Of a DNA stretch of 64,000 bases, positions 30,026-39,114 are shown piece after piece. The notes under the pieces were generated by a model. The model made no database searches and had not been told where the DNA came from. It worked only from the letters and a program-made list of their open reading frames with translations. The translations under genes and the position numbers were made by a program. The stretch spans positions 5,835-69,834 of the forward strand of contig CAIWSB010000089.1 of NCBI GenBank assembly GCA_903915225.1, in the 5' to 3' direction. Source of the DNA: an uncultured Candidatus Woesearchaeota archaeon (GTDB taxonomy: Archaea; Nanobdellota; Nanobdellia; Woesearchaeales; B29-G15). Position 1 is the stretch's first letter. Every line of letters starts with the position of its first letter.

Positions 30026-31557
30026 GAACTGTTGTCATCCAAGCCCCGGAGAGAGACAAGTCTCTAGTGAAGCTGCTAGACTCCATGGAAGACATCCGGC
30101 GACAAGAACTCGCAAAAGGAGAATCTGAAAGCACCCAGCAGAACGAGTATCTCATACTGGCTGACAGACTGCGCTCGGAACTAAAACCAAGATTGGGCGT
30201 TGCAGAGGACTTCGATAAGATTGTTGCCATTTTGGCTGATAAACCCCATCTCATGCATTATGATGTATCCAGCGAAAGCATGTGGCGGCAGGTAGAGCCG
30301 GAGATATCTGAGCTTTTAGATAGAGTCTTAATTGAAGCAATGGGTGATGATTTCAGAGGAGTTGCTGACAAGCAACATGTGCTCAATGCAGCAAAGTGCG
30401 AAATGTGCGCCAATTGGCCACTGAAAACCAGGCTTGAGGTTTACGATTATGTCAGACCGGTGCTTGACTCAAGCAGAACCCTAAACTCAATCACAAATGT
30501 GGGGGAGATAATTGGCAACGGAACTGAAATTCTAATTAAGGGAATTCCAAGGGACCTTGAAGAAAAAATCAGGCAAGCTGGGGAGATGGGCTTCAAATAT
30601 CTCATATTGAGGGCAGATTATTATGAAAACAGGAAAGATATAAAAAAAATGAGGGGGAGAAAGGGATGGGAGATAAAGGGCATGGGTGCCCAGAGAAGCC
30701 CCGATAGATCTTATACCCCGAGAATCATGCAACGCCTCTATCCATTGATAGGAGCACTTCCTGCCTCGTTGCAAAGAAGGGTGTATATTAATCTAGAGAA
30801 AAAGGGGATAACCTATGATGAGATGACTCCGAGTATGCGTAATTCTGCCGCATCAATAGTTACTGACATGATAACTGCAGGAGGTTTGATGCTGCTTACC
30901 CAAAACCCTTTGGTTTATGTTCCTGTTTTTGGATTAATTGCAGTGGATTACCTTAGGCTATTGTACTCATTTGGAACAAGCATGTTTAGGAACAACATCG
31001 GCAGAAACCTCAATAAGCCAATGGGCTCCCCTGTTGCAAAAATAGTCCTATTTCCAATTGAGCTTATCCTCGGCGGGGTTTACGGCAAGGTTGCGTACAA
31101 TCCCTTAGAGATTAAGATACACTTAGACCAGGATGGCAAAGAGGAGCAGACTGCACCAAACCTCCATCCAATAATGGAAAAGCTGGCATCTAGTGAAGAT
31201 GGGGCCAGCAACTTTGAGCTGGCGGAAAAATTGAAGGCGCAAGCCCCTGGAACACCAATTCTCACTAGCCAAAGCAATAAAAATGATACTTTCACCTTGT
31301 ATAATATAGTCTCCGATTGTTCCCCGTTCAATAAGCTCTCAGCACTGGTCTGCCTCAGCGGCGAACGTTATGCAATAACAATTATTGGGACAAATGAAAT
31401 CAATTTGGAGCAAGTTTCTGAGACGCTTTCTGATGCAAAACTCCCGATTGAGCAAAGGCTATGTGAGATTGCAGAGAGGAGTGGAGTGCGCTTTGCACAT
31501 TTAACACACTACAGCCAGGGTAAGAAAACAGAGGATATGGTGGCTTATTCCAATTAG
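30022..31557 (+). CDS. Paralogue P6.
   Basis: EAMGDDFRGVADKQHVLNAAKC, IGALPASLQRRV, a hydrophobic segment, SALVCLSGERYAITIIG, FAHLTHY. It overlaps P5 by 4 nt. Confidence 0.65.
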   Translation: MRTVVIQAPERDKSLVKLLDSMEDIRRQELAKGESESTQQNEYLILADRLRSELKPRLGVAEDFDKIVAILADKPHLMHYDVSSESMWRQVEPEISELLDRVLIEAMGDDFRGVADKQHVLNAAKCEMCANWPLKTRLEVYDYVRPVLDSSRTLNSITNVGEIIGNGTEILIKGIPRDLEEKIRQAGEMGFKYLILRADYYENRKDIKKMRGRKGWEIKGMGAQRSPDRSYTPRIMQRLYPLIGALPASLQRRVYINLEKKGITYDEMTPSMRNSAASIVTDMITAGGLMLLTQNPLVYVPVFGLIAVDYLRLLYSFGTSMFRNNIGRNLNKPMGSPVAKIVLFPIELILGGVYGKVAYNPLEIKIHLDQDGKEEQTAPNLHPIMEKLASSEDGASNFELAEKLKAQAPGTPILTSQSNKNDTFTLYNIVSDCSPFNKLSALVCLSGERYAITIIGTNEINLEQVSETLSDAKLPIEQRLCEIAERSGVRFAHLTHYSQGKKTEDMVAYSN

Positions 31558-32195
31558 CCAGACCAGCAAGAGCCTAATGTCATCCAGTTGATGAAGCTAT
31601 TGTACTCAAGATAGCCCACCTGCCTCCTCGTGCAGCCCGGCTGGATAAAAACACTCACCGGAATTCCTGTTACTTGATACTTTTGCACATCAGCATTGCC
31701 ACTGCTGGCATAAATTCTCTCAACCACAATGTTGGGGTACTCTGCCTCAACCTGGCTTATGACTGGCTTCTCCTTTTCACACCAACCGCAGGTATCGCTG
31801 TAAAAGAACTTTAGGGTTCCACTAATTGAACTGCCTTGACGGGTGGTTGTCGTTGTGAGCCTGCTAGTAGAAGAGGTATGCAGTATAGTTGTGAAAGTCA
31901 TTCCAGAAAACTCTATTGGAACAAATACCGGGTTGTTAATGCACCTGCCGAAAAGGCAGCCGTTGGGGCAATTGCTGCTTGAAGCTACACAGCCATTGCT
32001 GCCGCAGGAATACTCAACCAAGATAGTTAAGTCAGCTGAGCAATAATCGGCCTTCTCGCCGATGCCGTCTGTGCATTTGCCGAATTTGGAATAATCCTTA
32101 CCGTTGTCTGTATCACTGCACTCACCGTAGACTAACCCGGCAAGAAGAATAAATAGGATTAAAATAGAAACGCCTTTGAAATTAATTGTAACCAT
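31554..32195 (-). CDS. Secreted fusion of a Cys-rich CxDTDxG module and a thioredoxin-like (CGWC) domain.
   Basis: Signal peptide. The module CSDTDNGKDYSKFGKCTDGIG...CPNGCLFGRC matches the modules in the 15355-16824 and 16870-18684 proteins. The C-terminal region carries a CGWC (CxxC) thioredoxin-fold motif (FFYSDTCGWCEKEKP...TGIPVSVF). Confidence 0.6.
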   Translation of the reverse strand: MVTINFKGVSILILFILLAGLVYGECSDTDNGKDYSKFGKCTDGIGEKADYCSADLTILVEYSCGSNGCVASSSNCPNGCLFGRCINNPVFVPIEFSGMTFTTILHTSSTSRLTTTTTRQGSSISGTLKFFYSDTCGWCEKEKPVISQVEAEYPNIVVERIYASSGNADVQKYQVTGIPVSVFIQPGCTRRQVGYLEYNSFINWMTLGSCWSG

Positions 32196-32231
32196 CTTTT
32201 TTAATTGAATCGGTAAGGGGATATTTAAAAC

Positions 32232-33638
32232 TTACCCTGAAACCTTGCGCCACTTGGTTCCTTCTGGTGAGTCAAAAAGCTCAATTCCCTTTTCAAGGAG
32301 CTGCTTCCTCAGCATATCTGCTGTCGCCCAATCCTTATTAGCTCGGGCAATGTCCCGCTGCTTTATCAGTTCCTCAACATTTTCTGCGAGTTCTGGGCTT
32401 TGAGATTGGAAAGAGATTATCCCCAAAACCTGATTAATCTGTTCCAAAAACTTGAGAACAACCTTGGCATCAACTGAGCTGAACCCCTGCTTGTAGAGCT
32501 CTTTCACGAAATCAAAGAGTATGCCCAAGGCCTTAGAAATGTTGAGGTTGTCATCCATTGCCGCATCAAACCCTTTCTTGGTTTTCTCAATCAGCTCACC
32601 CACATTGGTATTGGGTTGGCCGGTCTTGGCCTGCTGGAGCTCAAACACAAGGTTGTTGATGCGCTCCATGGCAGCCTCCCCTGCCTTGAGGCTTTCCATT
32701 GTGAAATTGAGAGGCATCTTGAAGTTGGTTGAGATTAGAGCATAGCGCACAGCCATTGGGCTAACTCCCTTGGCTAAGAGGTCGCGGAGAGTATAGAAAT
32801 TACCAAGGCTTTTTGACATCTTCTGGCCTTCTACCATGAGATACTCGTTATGGAGCCAGTATTTTACAAATGGCTTTCCAGTTGCAGATTCAGATTGGGC
32901 TATCTCATTTGTGTGATGAGGGAATATCAAATCTGCACCGCCTGTGTGGATATCAAAGCTTTCTCCCAGATACTTCATTGACATTGCAGAGCACTCTATA
33001 TGCCAGCCTGGCCTTCCTTTGCCAAGTTCTGTCTCCCAAAACACAGGCCCATCGGTTGGTTTCCAGGCCTTCCAGAGCACGAAATCACGGGCGTTTTCCT
33101 TATCGTAGCTATCGCTGTCCAGCCTCCCTTGGGCGTTTTCAGTCAGTGCCTCAAAATCCAGGTGAGCCAGCTTGCCATATTTGGGGAAGCTGGCAATCTT
33201 GAAGTAAATCGAGCCCTCATGCTCGTATGTATGGTCCTTATCCCTTATTTTCTTGATGAGTTCAACAATCTCCTTGATGTGCTCAGTGGCCCTGGGATAA
33301 TGGCTTGCAGGCTCTATGTTTAGCATCTGAAGGTCTTCAAAAAATGCCTCAATGTACTTTTCAGTGTACTGCTTCAGAGGAAGCCCTTGCTTTTGGGAGC
33401 CGAGAATTGTCTTGTCATCCACATCCGTAAGATTCATGACCTTGATTACCTTAAACCCCTTATACCTCAGATATCTTGTGATGAGATCAGAAATCATGAA
33501 TGCACGAAGGTTGCCAATATGTGCGTAATCGTACACAGTTGGACCACAAGAGTACATTTTAACAACTCCTGGCTCAAGTGGCTTGAAAGCCTCCTTTCTT
33601 CTGGTTAGAGTATTGAATAGGCGCAGTGCCATGGCCAT
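32232..33638 (-). CDS. cysS: Cysteinyl-tRNA synthetase.
   Basis: MYSCGPTVYDYAHIGN (HIGN motif), KMSKSLGN, and a ~465 aa class I fold. Confidence 0.85.
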   Translation of the reverse strand: MAMALRLFNTLTRRKEAFKPLEPGVVKMYSCGPTVYDYAHIGNLRAFMISDLITRYLRYKGFKVIKVMNLTDVDDKTILGSQKQGLPLKQYTEKYIEAFFEDLQMLNIEPASHYPRATEHIKEIVELIKKIRDKDHTYEHEGSIYFKIASFPKYGKLAHLDFEALTENAQGRLDSDSYDKENARDFVLWKAWKPTDGPVFWETELGKGRPGWHIECSAMSMKYLGESFDIHTGGADLIFPHHTNEIAQSESATGKPFVKYWLHNEYLMVEGQKMSKSLGNFYTLRDLLAKGVSPMAVRYALISTNFKMPLNFTMESLKAGEAAMERINNLVFELQQAKTGQPNTNVGELIEKTKKGFDAAMDDNLNISKALGILFDFVKELYKQGFSSVDAKVVLKFLEQINQVLGIISFQSQSPELAENVEELIKQRDIARANKDWATADMLRKQLLEKGIELFDSPEGTKWRKVSG

Positions 33639-33669
33639 TCGTGGGCTTAGAAGGTTTAAAAAGTTTTGC

Positions 33670-34113
33670 TTATCCTATGTAATTCTCTTCCCCTTTCTCA
33701 ACTGAGATTTTTGGCATTGGGATTGGCGGCGGCAACGTCACCTCCTTGCTTAGGGCTATTGCCTCCACATTCGCTCTGCTTAGGGCATAGTTGAGGATTC
33801 CTGGTGCAATGTCGCTTGGGATTTTCTTGTCCTTCTTCCAGGATTTTATCGTCTCATCAGCCTTCTTCTTGTCAGTCAGGTAGAAAACCTCTCCTATGAT
33901 GGAAATGTGCGATTCCGAAGGGTCGTAATGGGAGACAAACTCAAACTCAAAGCGCATCCCCTTCATATCCTTGTCAATTTTCGCGCCAGATGCAGAGAGC
34001 TCATAATCTTCAACATTTCTTATCGCAATGTTATTTCTTATGCTAATTTTCCCTTCAAGCTGTTTTTTCCTTTCAATCTCAATCTTTGTGAATCCAAATC
34101 CTACAATTGCCAT
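33670..34113 (-). CDS. Hypothetical protein, 147 aa.
   Basis: Compact ORF between cysS and ileS. I recognise no motif. Confidence 0.4.
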   Translation of the reverse strand: MAIVGFGFTKIEIERKKQLEGKISIRNNIAIRNVEDYELSASGAKIDKDMKGMRFEFEFVSHYDPSESHISIIGEVFYLTDKKKADETIKSWKKDKKIPSDIAPGILNYALSRANVEAIALSKEVTLPPPIPMPKISVEKGEENYIG

Positions 34114-34248
34114 ATTAAATCACCCTCCAAGGGATAAATTGGGGGTTTATTTAAAGTTTTCTACATTAAAAACCTGCTGCATTTCACCTCTAAAAATAGC
34201 GTTCGTGAGGAAAACCCTTATAAAGTAAACCAATTCAATGTCTCCAGA

Positions 34249-37200
34249 ATGGAGCCTTATAATCCCCACAAAAGCGAGGAAAACGTCCACAAATTATGGA
34301 AGGACAAGGGTATTTACCAGAAGGCAAAGGATGTAGGTAAGGGTAAGAAACCTTTCTACTTTCTTGATGGCCCACCTTACACTTCAGGGCATGTGCACAT
34401 AGGCACAGCTTGGAATAAGGCACTAAAGGACGCGGTACTAAGGTACAAGAGAATGCGCGGGCTTGACGTGTGGGACCGGGCGGGGTATGACATGCACGGC
34501 ATGCCCACTGAGCGCAAGGTCCAGCACAAGCTTGGACTTGACAGCAAAGAGGACATTCTCAAGTTTGGCATGGAAAAATTCGTTAAGGAGTGCAAGGAAT
34601 TTGCCATTGCCAACATGAACCACATGAGCGAGGAGTTCAGGAAGCTAGGAGTCTGGATGGATTTTGACAATGCCTACATGCCCATAACAAAGGATTATAT
34701 GGAAGGCGAATGGTGGCTCATAAAACAGGCTGAGAAAAATGGGCGCTTATATCAGGCTGAAAAAACAATGCATTGGTGCAAGGACTGCAGCACTGCCCTG
34801 GCAAAGCACGAACTGGAATACAAGAATGTAAATGAAAACTCAATTTTTGTGAAGTTCAAACTGGCAGGTAAGCCCAATGAGTACCTGATAATATGGACCA
34901 CGACACCTTGGACAATCCCCTTCAACATGGGGGTCATGGTGCACCCTGAGCTGGAATACGTGCGCATCAAGGTGGATAAGGAGGTTTGGATAGTGGCAAA
35001 GGGGCTTTCCGGGGTCTTCATGAGCGGTGTTGTGGGAAAGAATTTTGAAATAATTGAAGAGCTTAAGGGCGAGCAGCTGGCAGGGCTGAAGTACGAGCAC
35101 CCACAAAAGCCGGAAATACAATTCTTCAAGGATTGCAAGATACCCAAGGTGCATACTGTCGTGCTGAGCAGTGAATATGTGGACTTGTCTGCAGGCACTG
35201 GGCTTGTTCACATGGCTCCAGGGTGCGGACCAGAGGATTATGAGATAGGCCACAGGGAAGGCATCCCGCCATTCAACAGCCTCACTGAAAACGGGGTTTT
35301 CCCTGAGAATATGGGGAAATTTGCAGGGCTTGTTGCGAAACGGGATGATACCAAGTTTGTTGATGATCTCAAGCAGCGTGGCGCTTTGATCGCCGAGGCC
35401 TCTGTAGAACATGAGTATGCCCACTGCTGGCGCTGCAAGAACCCGGTGATATTCAGGACGACAAAACAATGGTTCTTCAAGGTAGAGGACCTTATACCCA
35501 AGATGCGGGAACTCAATAAGAAGATAAAATGGGTGCCGGACTGGGCTGGCACAAATTGGTTTGACTCCTGGCTGGATAAGCTCAGGGACAACTCAATAAC
35601 CCGGCAGCGATTCTGGGGAACTCCGCTGCCAATCTGGCAGTGCGATAAATGCGAGAGCTATGAGGTTATTGAAACAGTTGCCGAGCTTGAGAAAAAGGCA
35701 GGCTCTGTTCCTGCTGACTTGCACAAGCCTTGGATTGACAAGCCCACATGGAAATGTAAGTGTGGTGGGGTAATGCGCCGTTCGCCAGATATACTTGATG
35801 TCTGGATTGATGCAGGCACTAGCTCCTGGAACTGCTTGGATTTTCCACGGCAGAAGGCAATGTTTGAAAAACTCTATCCTCCAGATTTCATTCTGGAGGG
35901 AAAAGATCAGATTAGAGGTTGGTTCAACCTACTTTTGGTAACTTCAATGGTGGCAATGGGTAAACCCTCTTTCAAGGCCTGCTACATGCACGGGTTTGTG
36001 CAGGACGATTCAGGTAGGAAGATGTCAAAGAGCCTTGGAAACATAATCACGCCGGGGGAAGTCCTCAAGGATTTCGGCGCAGACACCTTTAGGCTTTATG
36101 CAATAGGGGGGGCAAATGCTGGACTTGACCTCAACTACAACAAGGATGATATCAAGGTTAAGCATAGAAGCCTAGCAATACTTTGGAATGTTCACAACTA
36201 TTTGTTGGAATATGCAAATGGTGAAAAACTCAAGGAATTGAAAAAACCCAAAGGGCTTGAGGAGAAATACATGCTGTCAAAGCTCCACTCCACGATTGCA
36301 GAGGCAACTGAGCTTATGGAGAATTATAATATTGATAAGGTGCCTACAAAGCTCGAAGATTTGTTCCTGGAGCTCTCAAGGACTTACATCCAGCTTACCA
36401 GGGAGAAGATAAACGAGCCTGACGAGAAGCAGGAGGTTCTGGATACAATATTCACAGTCCTGCTGCGCTGCACTGAGCTTTTGGCTCCAATCACTCCATT
36501 TATCGCAGAGGAAATTTATCAAAATCTAAAGGGAGCTTTTGGCCTCAAGGGAGAGAGTGTTCACCTGGCTGCCTGGCCTAAGGCTGACACCAAGCTGATT
36601 GACAATGAATTAGAGTCTAGCATGGCTGTTGCCGAGGGATTTATCCAGGCAATACTCTCAGCAAGGGAGAAGATAAGCAGGGGACTGCGCTGGCCACTTG
36701 CTGAGGCAGTGATTGTGCCTGCTGACAAGGAGAGCAAGAAGGCAGTTGAGGGCATGATTGAATTGATTTCCCAACAGACCAATGTCAAGAGTGTTGTCAT
36801 AAAGCCCTCATTCAAGGCAGAGTATTTTGTGAAGCCAAACTTCAGGTCACTTGGCAAGCGCTTTGGCAGCAAGGTGCCGGAGGTTGCCGAGAAAATTACC
36901 AAAGAAAAGCCAGACAAAATTGTTGAGGGGCTCTCCAAGGGCAAACTCACTCTTGGCGGATTTGAGCTGATTCCAGAGGATGTTATTATTGAGAAGAAAC
37001 TCCCAGAAGGCAAGATTGCAGCTGAGTGCAGGTTTGGTTCCGTTTGCCTTGATACAACTCCAAAGCCAGAGCTTGAGGCAGAGGGTATGGCACGAGAGCT
37101 GATGAGGCGCATCCAGAACCTGAGGAAGAAGGCGGGGCTAAGCAAGAGCGATTCCATTAAACTGGATATTTCTGGTGACGAAGCCTCTGTAAAAAGCCTG

Positions 37201-37335
37201 GCCAAGTGGGCTGATGCAATCAAAGCAAAGTGTGGGGCAACTTCGTTGAGCTTTAACGGCAAAGGAAAGTACAAGGAAACTGAAGCCCACGAGATTTCTG
37301 GGAAGAAGCTGGCTATTGGGTTTAACCTTTGTTAG
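34249..37335 (+). CDS. ileS: Isoleucyl-tRNA synthetase.
   Basis: GPPYTSGHVHIGTAWNK (HIGH), WTTTPWTIP, KMSKSLGN, and a 1028 aa length. Confidence 0.85.
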   Translation: MEPYNPHKSEENVHKLWKDKGIYQKAKDVGKGKKPFYFLDGPPYTSGHVHIGTAWNKALKDAVLRYKRMRGLDVWDRAGYDMHGMPTERKVQHKLGLDSKEDILKFGMEKFVKECKEFAIANMNHMSEEFRKLGVWMDFDNAYMPITKDYMEGEWWLIKQAEKNGRLYQAEKTMHWCKDCSTALAKHELEYKNVNENSIFVKFKLAGKPNEYLIIWTTTPWTIPFNMGVMVHPELEYVRIKVDKEVWIVAKGLSGVFMSGVVGKNFEIIEELKGEQLAGLKYEHPQKPEIQFFKDCKIPKVHTVVLSSEYVDLSAGTGLVHMAPGCGPEDYEIGHREGIPPFNSLTENGVFPENMGKFAGLVAKRDDTKFVDDLKQRGALIAEASVEHEYAHCWRCKNPVIFRTTKQWFFKVEDLIPKMRELNKKIKWVPDWAGTNWFDSWLDKLRDNSITRQRFWGTPLPIWQCDKCESYEVIETVAELEKKAGSVPADLHKPWIDKPTWKCKCGGVMRRSPDILDVWIDAGTSSWNCLDFPRQKAMFEKLYPPDFILEGKDQIRGWFNLLLVTSMVAMGKPSFKACYMHGFVQDDSGRKMSKSLGNIITPGEVLKDFGADTFRLYAIGGANAGLDLNYNKDDIKVKHRSLAILWNVHNYLLEYANGEKLKELKKPKGLEEKYMLSKLHSTIAEATELMENYNIDKVPTKLEDLFLELSRTYIQLTREKINEPDEKQEVLDTIFTVLLRCTELLAPITPFIAEEIYQNLKGAFGLKGESVHLAAWPKADTKLIDNELESSMAVAEGFIQAILSAREKISRGLRWPLAEAVIVPADKESKKAVEGMIELISQQTNVKSVVIKPSFKAEYFVKPNFRSLGKRFGSKVPEVAEKITKEKPDKIVEGLSKGKLTLGGFELIPEDVIIEKKLPEGKIAAECRFGSVCLDTTPKPELEAEGMARELMRRIQNLRKKAGLSKSDSIKLDISGDEASVKSLAKWADAIKAKCGATSLSFNGKGKYKETEAHEISGKKLAIGFNLC

Positions 37336-37383
37336 GAAAGCCCATTCAGAAACTTTATATATTTTCTTAGTTCTCAGAATTTT

Positions 37384-37836
37384 ATGATTAGAAAAGCAGA
37401 TAGAAAAGATTTGTCAGTGTGTAGTAAACTAATATGTCAGGTAATTAGTGAAATAGAAGCAAGGCATTATTCTCTGGGGATAATAAAAGGCTGGCAAGAA
37501 TATAATTCTCCATCAAATTTAGAAAACGAAGCGAATAGTGCAGAATTCATCGTATATGAAGAAAACGGTATTATTTTTGGTGTGGGAGCAATTGAGGGGG
37601 CCCATATCAAAAAAGTCTATGTATCGCCAGCATATCAAGGAAGAGGAATTGGAAGATTATTAGTGGAAAATCTTGAACAAATAGCAAAGAAAAATGGATT
37701 TGAAGAATACGAACTAAATTCGACTGTCAATGCATTAAACTTCTATAAACGACTTGGCTATCAAGAACAAGGACCTATTACTATTGAAAAAAATGGAATA
37801 AGCGTTACGTTCACAAGAATGACTAAACGGGTATAA
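37384..37836 (+). CDS. GNAT family N-acetyltransferase.
   Basis: Acetyl-CoA binding motif A: VYVSPAYQGRGIGRLLV. Confidence 0.75.
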   Translation: MIRKADRKDLSVCSKLICQVISEIEARHYSLGIIKGWQEYNSPSNLENEANSAEFIVYEENGIIFGVGAIEGAHIKKVYVSPAYQGRGIGRLLVENLEQIAKKNGFEEYELNSTVNALNFYKRLGYQEQGPITIEKNGISVTFTRMTKRV

Positions 37837-37875
37837 GGGCTTTTCGTCAAAAAAAAGTTAATAGGAATTTCCAAT

Positions 37876-39114
37876 TCACTCATACCTAAGCGCATCAACT
37901 GGCTTTAGCTTTGACGCCTGAAGTGCAGGTATCACTCCTGCTAATATTCCAATTATTATCGAAACCGATAGGGATAGGATTATTGAATTCACCGATACAA
38001 ATGTGCCTCCACGGAGCATACTAATATCACCCATTAGAATTGGCAGAAGCGCAGAAAGAATTATACCAAAGACAACCCCCAGGAGCCCTCCAACAAGGCC
38101 GATGAGGGCTGCGTTAAGCAGGAATATGCTTAATATGTCTTTGTTCCTGGCGCCAATGGCCTTCATTATGCCAATCTCCTTTGTCTTCTCCATGACAGAG
38201 GTGAACATGGTGTTGGCAATTCCCACAGCGCCAACAATGAGCGAAACAGCTGCCAATGCCACAAGGAAAGTGTTCATTGAAGACATCATTTGTGATCTGG
38301 TTTGCTGAATCTGCTTGTTGGAAATTATTGAAAAATCCTTCTTGCTCGCTATCACATGTCTCAACAAGAGAAGCCGGTTCTCAATTTTTGTCATAGTCTC
38401 ATTTAGCTTTGACTCATCTTTTATTTTTATGACAATTGAATCATAAACGCCGTTCTCTTTGGTTGTAAGCACTTGGAAAGCCATCTGAATAGGCATGTAA
38501 ATGGTGTTGCTCTGGTCATCGAGAACCCCCACAACCCGGAAAACATTCTTCTCAATGGTAATCATTTGGTTAATTCCAACAGGCTTATCAAAATAGGTTG
38601 CTGCCAGACGGCCACCTATGACAATCACATTTTGGTCTGCTGCATCAAGCATTCGGCCGGCACTGATTTTCGAAGTGGTCACGCGTGACCAAACCTCAGG
38701 GTCAACTCCTGTTAGTGAAACAGTTCCAGATTTGCCCAAATAGGTGACTTTTACATTGCCCCTTATTTCTGTGTCAAATGCAGCAATATCTGGAATACCC
38801 CTCAATGCCTGAGCATCCAGTCTAGTCAATGTGGGTTGAGTTTTTGTTGCAGTAGTTCCACCGCCTCCTCCTTCCCTTTCTCCAGGAGGCCCGAACATGC
38901 TAAACCCTCTCGAATAGCCTGCAGTGAGAGTTAATATGTCGCCTCCCAAACTCCCAAGCTGCTGGTTAACATTCTGCTGAAAACTGCCACCCAAGGACAT
39001 TATTGCTGTGACTGAAGCCACACCTATCACAATGCCCAAGATGGTGAGCCAGCTTCTTAGCTTGCTGTGCAGCACCATCTCAAATGCATGCTTCAGGCAC
39101 TTGATAAACTTCAT
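37876..39114 (-). CDS. ABC transporter permease, FtsX/MacB family.
   Basis: N-terminal TM helix, a large extracytoplasmic domain, and C-terminal 3-TM FtsX-like helices. Adjacent to the ABC ATPase gene. Confidence 0.75.
   Translation of the reverse strand: MKFIKCLKHAFEMVLHSKLRSWLTILGIVIGVASVTAIMSLGGSFQQNVNQQLGSLGGDILTLTAGYSRGFSMFGPPGEREGGGGGTTATKTQPTLTRLDAQALRGIPDIAAFDTEIRGNVKVTYLGKSGTVSLTGVDPEVWSRVTTSKISAGRMLDAADQNVIVIGGRLAATYFDKPVGINQMITIEKNVFRVVGVLDDQSNTIYMPIQMAFQVLTTKENGVYDSIVIKIKDESKLNETMTKIENRLLLLRHVIASKKDFSIISNKQIQQTRSQMMSSMNTFLVALAAVSLIVGAVGIANTMFTSVMEKTKEIGIMKAIGARNKDILSIFLLNAALIGLVGGLLGVVFGIILSALLPILMGDISMLRGGTFVSVNSIILSLSVSIIIGILAGVIPALQASKLKPVDALRYE

Noticed and set aside
36561-37274. 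237-aa minus-strand ORF inside ileS.
   Set aside because: It is antisense to the IleRS C-terminal region and has a Ser/Leu-rich low-complexity product.
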